From: Acidimicrobiaceae bacterium
GTDB taxonomy: Bacteria; Actinomycetota; Acidimicrobiia; Actinomarinales; Actinomarinaceae
Direction of reading: 5' to 3'
DNA: 64,000 nucleotides
NCBI GenBank assembly: GCA_028344675.1
Contig: JAOMBT010000002.1
Span: forward strand, 830-64,829
How positions within the stretch are numbered: position 1 is the stretch's first letter; every line of letters begins with the position of its first letter. Shown here one piece after another: positions 38,120 to 45,745 of the stretch. The notes under the pieces were generated by a model. The model did not search any database. It was not told the origin of the DNA and saw only the letters and a program-made list of their open reading frames with translations. Both the position numbers and the translations under genes were made by a program.

Positions 38120-39445
38120 CTAAATTAATAAATTATAAAAGTATGATAATTGGCTAAATACTGCAGTTTTTAAATCAATATTAAATGACCATGGAAACCC
38201 AAAGATAAATATAATAATCAAAAAGTAAAGTGCAAACACTGAGTAATTAAAAACAGGCTTTCTCTTTTGAATTAATTCAATCAGTATAAAAATAAATGAC
38301 AAGGCTAATAAATGTGAATAATAATGAGTTTTAAGGGTATCTCCCTTATCAGGGTTAAAATATGTTCCAAAAAACCCATATGCCGTTAATAATATTAAAA
38401 ATATTCCAAGAAAATATGATCTTGAATATAATTTAAACTTCTTACCTTTGCTTGCAAACAATGAAAGAATAATAAATGTTAAAGAAACTAATATAGATAC
38501 ATATCTACGAACCAAATTTAAATCATAATTACTTGATTCGATACGATTTTTAAAAAAAAGACTTCGACCATGGTCCCAGTATCTTTCAAAATAGTCTCCA
38601 AATAAATCTATCAACGTTATTCCAAAAAATGAATTTCTCATATTATCTCTAAATGGGTTATTAATTAATTGATTTAGATCAAAGTTATAAATTAAACTAA
38701 AGGTAGCTTTATAGTTGTATTGTTCTACTAGTTCATGATATAAAAAGCCCACGTTATTTATTTTGTAGTCATTATAAAAAATTAATAAACATAAAACTAA
38801 AGAAGGAATAATAAAATAAATTAGGTGCATTACATCAAATTCTTTAATTTTAGGAAGAAATTTTAATATTAGAAGTAAGCTTAAAGAAGCTGTAATAAAG
38901 GCTTTGGCTGTAAAACTTAATAAAATTAATGGAATTAGATAGATAAGTTTAAGAAGTTTCTTTGATTCCAGATAAGTTTCTAAAAAGTAAATAATCCAAG
39001 GAAGAAGTGAAAAAGCCAATATTTCTGGTTTCATTATTAACCTTGCTCCAAATATTGGTGGAAAAAAGTTTAAAAAAGCTAAAACCATATAGATATCTTC
39101 ACTTTGAAACTTATAAAACCTTAGTAGCTTAAAAAAACCGAATGCTCCAAACAAATAATAAATTGTATTTGAAATTTGAATTGATATATTAATTAGCGAT
39201 TGAAAGTCAGGTAAATTAGATAATACTGATCCTATCTCTGCAACTTTATATACTGTCCAAAAATAAAAAACCCCTTGTTCTCTGGAAGTATATTCAGCAT
39301 TACCCAAAAAATATTCAATATATCTGTAGTACCTATTAAAGTCCGTCCCATTAGTAGAGTCATAAAATGTCAAACCTAAAATTATTGAAAATAATAAAGA
39401 AGAGCTAAAAATAAATTGTGAAACTCGAGTTCGGTTTTTTTTCAT
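38120..39445 (-). CDS. Polytopic membrane protein, paralog B (candidate GT-C-fold glycosyltransferase)
   Basis: Has NGTDFNRYYRYIEYFLG...TSREQGVFYFW, LNFFPPIFGARLIMKPEILAF, FGITLIDLFGDYFERYWDHGRSLF and NPDKGDTLKTHYY. Convergent with paralog A. Confidence 0.4.
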   Translation of the reverse strand: MKKNRTRVSQFIFSSSLLFSIILGLTFYDSTNGTDFNRYYRYIEYFLGNAEYTSREQGVFYFWTVYKVAEIGSVLSNLPDFQSLINISIQISNTIYYLFGAFGFFKLLRFYKFQSEDIYMVLAFLNFFPPIFGARLIMKPEILAFSLLPWIIYFLETYLESKKLLKLIYLIPLILLSFTAKAFITASLSLLLILKFLPKIKEFDVMHLIYFIIPSLVLCLLIFYNDYKINNVGFLYHELVEQYNYKATFSLIYNFDLNQLINNPFRDNMRNSFFGITLIDLFGDYFERYWDHGRSLFFKNRIESSNYDLNLVRRYVSILVSLTFIILSLFASKGKKFKLYSRSYFLGIFLILLTAYGFFGTYFNPDKGDTLKTHYYSHLLALSFIFILIELIQKRKPVFNYSVFALYFLIIIFIFGFPWSFNIDLKTAVFSQLSYFYNLLI

Positions 39446-40260
39446 ATTATTACAATCTATATGTGATATTAATTACTAAATTAAAGATATTCATCGCAAA
39501 ATATTTGTTAATTTTCATAAGTTTTTTTAAAAATATAGACATCAATGAATTCACCCGTAAGGGGATAAAGTGGCACACTCCTCTTAATGATATCGTAGGT
39601 TTAAGTCTGTATCTTTTAGGAAGTTTTGAAAAGCATAATGTTAAAAAAGTAAGTAAGTACATAAACAATGGGACAACTGTAATCGATATTGGAGCAAATA
39701 TTGGCACATTTACCATTGGTCTTTTAAAAAGATGCCCAGAAAAGATTGAAAAAATAATTTCCTATGAACCTGAAAAAAAGAACTATAAGAATCTCAAGAA
39801 AAATATAAAAGAGAACAACCTGGAGTCAAAATCAGAAGCCTTCAACAAGTTTGTAGGGCTTGGCAACGTAGATAAAATAACAAGCAACTATCCTCTCATA
39901 CATAAAGGACCTAAGGTTCAAAATATTTACTATGGGCTAAAGGGAGACTATAAAGGTGTTCAATCTAGTAATTTGGATGAGATTAATTTCGATGCAAATA
40001 AAAATTATTTTATAAAAATAGATGTTGACGGATACGAAGCTGAAGTCATGTCAGTAATAAATAAAAAGTTAAAGTTTCGACCGACTATTTTAATTGAAGT
40101 TAATAAAGTATTGTTGGATGAAATAGAAGTAGAATATTTAGTAGAAGTGTTTGAAAAAAATAATTACAAATTTGTTTATTTTGGTAAACAACTTTCACCA
40201 AAAATTATATTAAATGATTTTCGAAAAATTGGATTAGATTTGATAGCAGTTCCTGTTTAA
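39418..40260 (+). CDS. FkbM-family methyltransferase
   Basis: VIDIGANIGTFTIGLLKRC (the DxGAN.G SAM motif) and NYFIKIDVDGYEAEVM (the IKIDVEG motif). Confidence 0.75.
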   Translation: MKLEFGFFSYYYNLYVILITKLKIFIAKYLLIFISFFKNIDINEFTRKGIKWHTPLNDIVGLSLYLLGSFEKHNVKKVSKYINNGTTVIDIGANIGTFTIGLLKRCPEKIEKIISYEPEKKNYKNLKKNIKENNLESKSEAFNKFVGLGNVDKITSNYPLIHKGPKVQNIYYGLKGDYKGVQSSNLDEINFDANKNYFIKIDVDGYEAEVMSVINKKLKFRPTILIEVNKVLLDEIEVEYLVEVFEKNNYKFVYFGKQLSPKIILNDFRKIGLDLIAVPV

Positions 40261-40311
40261 AAATTTAATAATTGTTTACGTATATATAACATGATTAATA
40301 TGGAAGTTATT

Positions 40312-42387
40312 ATGAAAGTTTTTAGATATATATTATTTATTTTCATTGTTTCATGTGGCAATAATAATGAAAGTGGACTAACAGTTGTCTCCACTTCATT
40401 ACCACCTGCAATTGACACACCCTCTACTTCATTGTCAACTACAACAACTTCAGTAACCACAACCACAGTTGTAACTTATGATGGCTGTATCCCCGAGGAC
40501 AATCAGAGTGTTAATTTTAATGATTTAAAGAATGTTCAAAATTTTCTTAATAGATATGGATTTGATGCTGGAACTGAGGATGGCCTATCAGGCAACCAGA
40601 CTCGAGAGGCTGTTAAAAGATTTCAAGCATACGTTGGCATCACAATAGATGGAGATTTGGGACCAACAACATATGGAAAAATGAATTCATACACTGGTTG
40701 TGAGGAAAGAATAAATGAGTATACTTCCTCTCCTACTTCAACTACTTCAACAACTATTATCAGTGAAGAGAATACAACCGAGTCAACTACTACAACAACT
40801 ACTACAATCCCCGTAACAACTACTACAACAGTGATAGCTACCACCTATGATTATGGATTTCAAGGCATGGTTTCTCCTGAAAGTGGGAACTTCGCTGATA
40901 TTTTAACTACTCAAAATGAAAACAACACCTTTTGTTCAAACATAGCACCGTTGTACGGTGAACAAAATCAACGAACTGATCTCGGTTTCCCTAGTATTTA
41001 TAACCTATACCCATCTCCACCATCTCTAACTTCGGGTGTTTCAACACAGATATCTTCGAATACTTCCTCAACATTCACAGTTGAAGTTAACGGAAATGGG
41101 GATGAAAATTTTAAGTTTTATTTTATTGAACCCTTTACTTCTTCATACAAAACTTTAGATCCAATAAGTATTTCAACCAGTAGTGGACTTACTAAGGCAA
41201 CTTTTAATAAAGATGGCCTGACTCAGGGTTATTGGTTCTACGGATATGCTGATAATGGTTCTGGGGGAATAGTTAAAGCCGATGGTTTACGAGAATTTTT
41301 AGCTGGACCTCCAATAGTTCAAAATGATGTAAATATTAGTTCTTTTGATAATGTTTGGCTTCACACCTCAGAAAATTTGATAAGTAACGGTGAATTTGTT
41401 GCAAATAATTCTGAAATGTATATTACTTATATTATGGATACAGGATTCAATTCATTTTCAACAGTATCTAACGAAATAAATACAACAACAACCTCAATAA
41501 CAGTTGTAAGTGATAGTAGTTATGCAGTTGGTGATATTGTATTACTTGATAACGAATTTATGTTAATTCAAGAGATTTCTAATCAGACTCTTACCGTTGA
41601 AAGAGGATATCGTAACTCTCTACAACAAATTCATGGTATCGGAACCGCTGTGCAGAAATTAATTACAGACACAGATATGAAAGCCGTGAGAGGTTATGCA
41701 CTTTTTAAAGGTGAGAAAGGATATAGTTTTTCAGTTTCACTTGGCAAGGAAGGTGTGCCAAATAAGTTTACAATATCTGACTCCTGTCCAAAAGATTTAT
41801 ATTCACTTGATTTTATAAAAGTTTATTCATGGAGAGAAAAGGGTGAATCAACAGCAAGATCTATTGATGCTGGTAGAGGTGATGTAAATATCGCTAATGA
41901 TAAATTTACTTTATATCAAGGGATTCAGGATTATATATTTCCCGACATATTTGCTTCAGATCCAAGTAATGGTCAGTTTTTAAATCTCGGACCTAGGGAA
42001 GCAACTTACTCTGCAGGAGATACAATTAGCTTTGATTTTGCTGGAATAGTCTCTGGAAGTAATGAAATTAAATATATTGAATTAGAATTCGACATGTTCC
42101 CTACTGGTTCAAAAGCAACAGCTTCAAGAAAAATTATTTTTACTCCAAATAATAATGAATATAAGTACACCTCATCCATCTCTTCAGTATCTTCGACACC
42201 AATATTTACTAACAATGTGTGGGAAAGTGGATATAGGTATGTTTTAAAGCATGTAAAGATAAATGATGGTGTATCTGAATTAATATTTAAAAATAATAGT
42301 GAATTAGAAAATGTAACGCTCGGAACCAAATCAACTCACAGTGTTTATTATCTTGACCAGTTTGCTTTTACAATCAGCAACAATTAA
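40312..42387 (+). CDS. Thr/Ser-rich lipoprotein with a peptidoglycan-binding (PG_binding_1) domain and a large C-terminal domain of unknown function
   Basis: The MKVFRYILFIFIVSCG signal carries a lipobox (IVS-C). LQNFLNRYGFDAGTEDGLSGNQTREAVKRFQAYVGITIDGDLGPTTYGKM is the PG_binding_1 consensus. It is flanked by SSPTSTTSTTII...TTESTTTTTTTIPVTTTTTVIATT linkers. The track start 40291 is probably over-extended. Confidence 0.6.
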   Translation: MKVFRYILFIFIVSCGNNNESGLTVVSTSLPPAIDTPSTSLSTTTTSVTTTTVVTYDGCIPEDNQSVNFNDLKNVQNFLNRYGFDAGTEDGLSGNQTREAVKRFQAYVGITIDGDLGPTTYGKMNSYTGCEERINEYTSSPTSTTSTTIISEENTTESTTTTTTTIPVTTTTTVIATTYDYGFQGMVSPESGNFADILTTQNENNTFCSNIAPLYGEQNQRTDLGFPSIYNLYPSPPSLTSGVSTQISSNTSSTFTVEVNGNGDENFKFYFIEPFTSSYKTLDPISISTSSGLTKATFNKDGLTQGYWFYGYADNGSGGIVKADGLREFLAGPPIVQNDVNISSFDNVWLHTSENLISNGEFVANNSEMYITYIMDTGFNSFSTVSNEINTTTTSITVVSDSSYAVGDIVLLDNEFMLIQEISNQTLTVERGYRNSLQQIHGIGTAVQKLITDTDMKAVRGYALFKGEKGYSFSVSLGKEGVPNKFTISDSCPKDLYSLDFIKVYSWREKGESTARSIDAGRGDVNIANDKFTLYQGIQDYIFPDIFASDPSNGQFLNLGPREATYSAGDTISFDFAGIVSGSNEIKYIELEFDMFPTGSKATASRKIIFTPNNNEYKYTSSISSVSSTPIFTNNVWESGYRYVLKHVKINDGVSELIFKNNSELENVTLGTKSTHSVYYLDQFAFTISNN

Positions 42388-42447
42388 AAGTTATCAGAGA
42401 GAATCTAAACTTTTAAATAATTTGTACGTTTTATGTGCGTTTGAGCT

Positions 42448-42623
42448 TTATGGCCCTCCAGGTAATGACTCACAAGGCTCACCGTCATTATCTCCATCTA
42501 GATTTGCAACATCTCCATAGTATGGAAAATAAGTATCGAACCAATTTTTAGCTTCTGAATAGTTAGCAAAGTCTCCACAATTTTTTGTATCTCCAATAGA
42601 AAGAATGACTTTAATGTTAGATA
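42448..42623 (-). pseudogene. Excalibur (extracellular calcium-binding) domain fragment without a canonical start
   Basis: The minus-strand translation ...SIGDTKNCGDFANYSEAKNWFDTYFPYYGDVANLDGDNDGEPCESLPGGP* contains the Excalibur DxDxDGxxCE motif and the CxDF start. The frame opens right after a TAA and has no ATG/GTG/TTG. Confidence 0.35.
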
Positions 42624-42779
42624 ATTATGGAGTAGATATGGTTTATCACGACATCATATCAATATTAATTTTTTCAACTGTCATCTATTTAGTTTATAGG
42701 CTTTACAAAAGGTTTTAATTTTTCTACAAAATGTGGGCTTGAGTGGTTTTTTGTAGGGTATATTTCTGAAAAACCCTTG

Positions 42780-42853
42780 TGGGCGCTACAGGATTTGAAC
42801 CTGTGACTTCTTCCTTGTAAGGGAAGCGCTCTGCCGGACTGAGCTAAGCGCCC
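42780..42853 (-). tRNA. tRNA-Val (anticodon TAC)
   Basis: The reverse complement is GGGCGCT-TA-GCTC-AGTCCGGC-AGAGC-G-CTTCC-CTTACAA-GGAAG-AAGTC-ACAGG-TTCAAAT-CCTGT-AGCGCCC-A. No CCA (followed by CAA). Confidence 0.85.
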
Positions 42854-42901
42854 TAAGTAAATCTATTATATTGTATGTCTTGAATTTATTTAAAATAATT
42901 T

Positions 42902-44332
42902 TTAATTATTTGAAACTTCTTCGTGATATTCGCCATCAATATTAACTTCCCAAGGATCAAAATTTCCATGACCCATTAGAGTCCTAGCGGCATACAACCC
43001 AGTTGCCATTGCGTGATCTTGATTATTATATTTAAACATTCCAGACCTTCCAATTGCAGTTATGTTTGGTAGTGACGAAAGCCATTCTTTAATAATATCA
43101 ATATGAACTTGATAACCTGTTTTAATGACAGGGTAAGCTTTGGGGCTTCTACTAATTGCAGAGTGGACTACATTAAATTCAACATCAAAAATACTTTTGA
43201 GTTCTTTTAACCCGTATTCAATTATTTCGTTATTTGGTTTATTCCATATTTCATCATTTTCGAAACAAAAGTATTCAAGAGTTAAGGGGTAGTTGCCTTC
43301 AACACTCATTTCTTCTGAAAAGTTAGTAAAGTCGGCAATCCTTGCCATAGTTACATTTGGTGAATGAATATATATCCAGTTGTCATCAAAGAGTTTTTTA
43401 TCAACAGTTATATGAACACTTATATGATTTCTATAATTTAAACTTTTTGCCGAATCTATAACCTCTTGTGGAACACTACCATCAAAGATATCTATAAACT
43501 CCAAAAGAGGATTACTAAAAAATATATTTTTTGCTTCTTCAGATTTTTCATTACCTTCACTGTCTTTAAAAGAAACAATGAAACCTTTATCTGTAGTTGT
43601 TACATCAGTTACAGTTTTTTCTTTTGAAACTTCTATATTCTTTTTTGTCACAATTTCTTCAAATTTCTCCCACAGCATCCCAGCACCCAGCTTTGGATAG
43701 TAAAACTTATCAACTAAAGTTTTTGGTCTCTTTTTACTGTTTGGAAATAAAGCAAACTTAATTGCAGTTGATAAACTTAGACCTTTTATTCTTTGTGCTG
43801 CCCAATCTGAGCCAATATCCTTACAATCTATACCCCAAACTTTTTCTGTGTAATTTTTAAAGAAATTATTAAAAAGCTTTCTCCCAAACCTATCAACAAC
43901 CCAGTCTTCAAAATTGTTAATCTTTGTAATACGAAGATAGCTTTTTAGTCTTGCAATTATATAGGAAAAACCAATTGTAATAGACTCAAAAACTCCTAAA
44001 CCAAATAAAGCATTCAGTGGAGTCAGAGGATAATCAAAGTAGCTATTTTTAAAGAGTATTCTGGTTTTTCTTTTTACTGCAACTGCATCATCATCAAGCA
44101 CTTTAAGGAATAAATCATAGACTTCTTTATTTTTAGTAAAAAACCTATGGGGACCTATGTCATATCTATAATCTCCATAGACTTTTGTTTCAGCAAGGCC
44201 TCCAACTCGAGGTTTTTTTTCAAGTATGAGTACTTTTTTACCAGAATCTGAAAGTTCATATGCTGCAGTTAGGCCAGCAGGTCCTGCTCCAATAATTATT
44301 ACGTCGTACATAATTCCTAATCTACCACTCAA
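42902..44332 (-). CDS. FAD-dependent oxidoreductase (amine-oxidase / UDP-galactopyranose-mutase-like Rossmann family)
   Basis: YDVIIIGAGPAGLTAAYELSDSGKKVLILEKKPRVGGL (GxGxxG FAD dinucleotide-binding motif) and IGPHRFFTKNKEV (cf. Glf GPHIFHT). 476 aa. The specific substrate is unknown. Confidence 0.55.
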   Translation of the reverse strand: MSGRLGIMYDVIIIGAGPAGLTAAYELSDSGKKVLILEKKPRVGGLAETKVYGDYRYDIGPHRFFTKNKEVYDLFLKVLDDDAVAVKRKTRILFKNSYFDYPLTPLNALFGLGVFESITIGFSYIIARLKSYLRITKINNFEDWVVDRFGRKLFNNFFKNYTEKVWGIDCKDIGSDWAAQRIKGLSLSTAIKFALFPNSKKRPKTLVDKFYYPKLGAGMLWEKFEEIVTKKNIEVSKEKTVTDVTTTDKGFIVSFKDSEGNEKSEEAKNIFFSNPLLEFIDIFDGSVPQEVIDSAKSLNYRNHISVHITVDKKLFDDNWIYIHSPNVTMARIADFTNFSEEMSVEGNYPLTLEYFCFENDEIWNKPNNEIIEYGLKELKSIFDVEFNVVHSAISRSPKAYPVIKTGYQVHIDIIKEWLSSLPNITAIGRSGMFKYNNQDHAMATGLYAARTLMGHGNFDPWEVNIDGEYHEEVSNN

Positions 44333-44594
44333 TAGTAAGGTTCAAATCTGACTTAATGATAGCAGAACAAGGGAGGACCTCATTTTTACCAATGTAAGCT
44401 ACAGGTTCATAAGTGTATTCAACTTCACCTTCATTCATAATAGTTCTACATGTACCACAGTGTGCCTCTTGGCACTCATATTCAATTTCGTAACCATTTT
44501 TTTCAAGAACACGAAGTAGATTTTCATTTTTATTACAAACGATTTCTGTTGAGTCGTTAACTTTGACAGTTACTTTTGTTTCATCGGACTTCAT
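44322..44594 (-). CDS. 2Fe-2S ferredoxin
   Basis: CQEAHCGTCRT (Cx4Cx2C) and a later LPCSAI give the plant/adrenodoxin-type four-Cys pattern. 90 aa. Confidence 0.7.
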   Translation of the reverse strand: MKSDETKVTVKVNDSTEIVCNKNENLLRVLEKNGYEIEYECQEAHCGTCRTIMNEGEVEYTYEPVAYIGKNEVLPCSAIIKSDLNLTIEW

Positions 44595-44599
44595 GCAAT

Positions 44600-45730
44600 T
44601 TAAAGCTCGAAGTCTCCTAAGTCTTCAACGTTAACTTCACTATCAACTTGTCCAACTAAATAGGAGCTTATCTCTACTTCTTGTGGCGCTACTTGAACTG
44701 TGTCACTAGCTAACCAGGTCTTCATCCAAGGAATAGGATTCTTTGTTATATTGAAGATTGGATCAATTCCAACAGCTTTTACCCTTACATCAGTAATATA
44801 TTCTACATATTGACACAAGATTTCCTTATTTAGTCCAAGCATGGAGCCATCTTTAAATAAGTACTCAGCCCATTCTTTTTCTTGTTCTGCACCCTCTTTG
44901 AACATATCAGCCGCATCTTGTTTACATTCTTCAGCAATCTCTGCCATTTCGGGATCATCTTGACCTGTTCTTATAAGATTAATCATGTGTTGTGTGCTTG
45001 AGAGATGTAATTGTTCGTCACGTGCAATTAGTTTTATGATTTTTGCATTTCCCTCCATTAAGCCTCGTTCAGCAAAAGCAAAACTACATGCGAAACTCAC
45101 GTAAAATCTTATTGCCTCAAGTACATTTACAGACATCAAACACATATATAGCTTTCTTTTTAAATCATGCATATTGATATCAAGCTCACCAACATCTGTT
45201 TTGTGCACACCCTCACCATGAAGGTTATATGCTTGCTGATAGTTAATTAAGTCGTCATAGTATCGAGATGTGTACTCTGCTCTTTCGACAATATCTTTGT
45301 TTCCGACAATATCATCAAAAATCAAGGATGGATCATTAGTAATATTCCTGATTATATGTGTATAGCTTCTGCTGTGAATAGTCTCACTAAAAGCCCATGT
45401 TTCTATCCATGTCTCAAGCTCAGGAAGTGAAACTAATGGTAGTAAAGCTACATTGGGTGACCTTCCCTGGATGCTATCAAGAAGTGTTTGGTACTTAAGA
45501 TTACTAATAAAGATGTGTCTTTCATGATCAGACATTTTGCCATAATCAATTCGATCTTTTGATACGTCTATTTCCTCTGGTCTCCAGAAAAAACTTAATT
45601 GTTTTTCAATTAGTTTTTCGAAGATTTCAAATTTTTGTTGGTCGTATCTTGCAACATTTACTGGATTGCCAAAGAACATTGGTTCTTTGAGTGCATCATT
45701 TTTTTCTTGGCTAAATGTAGAATATGCCAT
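44600..45730 (-). CDS. nrdB: Ribonucleotide reductase class Ia beta subunit
   Basis: [39 protein letters not shown] is the di-iron/tyrosyl radical R2 signature. 376 aa. Confidence 0.9.
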   Translation of the reverse strand: MAYSTFSQEKNDALKEPMFFGNPVNVARYDQQKFEIFEKLIEKQLSFFWRPEEIDVSKDRIDYGKMSDHERHIFISNLKYQTLLDSIQGRSPNVALLPLVSLPELETWIETWAFSETIHSRSYTHIIRNITNDPSLIFDDIVGNKDIVERAEYTSRYYDDLINYQQAYNLHGEGVHKTDVGELDINMHDLKRKLYMCLMSVNVLEAIRFYVSFACSFAFAERGLMEGNAKIIKLIARDEQLHLSSTQHMINLIRTGQDDPEMAEIAEECKQDAADMFKEGAEQEKEWAEYLFKDGSMLGLNKEILCQYVEYITDVRVKAVGIDPIFNITKNPIPWMKTWLASDTVQVAPQEVEISSYLVGQVDSEVNVEDLGDFEL

Positions 45731-45745
45731 TATTTCCTCGCTTTC

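Noticed and set aside
36663-39716. ORFs 36663..36845(+), 36690..36908(-), 39450..39716(-)
   Set aside because: Embedded in or antisense to the membrane paralog genes and the FkbM gene. Short, with no start context.
40420-40830. Thr-codon tandem repeats as a VNTR or CRISPR-like repeat
   Set aside because: The repeats are in-frame coding low-complexity tracts (TTTT/STT) within the lipoprotein, not spaced repeats. Treated as a coding linker with possible length variation.
40257-40844. Reverse-strand ORFs 40257..40466 and 40623..40844, giving poly-Val/Thr low-complexity proteins
   Set aside because: They are antisense shadows of the Thr-codon repeats (aca/act/acc read as ggt/agt/tgt) in the lipoprotein linkers. 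There is no independent signal.
42006-42329. ORF 42006..42329(-)
   Set aside because: Antisense to the C-terminal domain of the lipoprotein gene.
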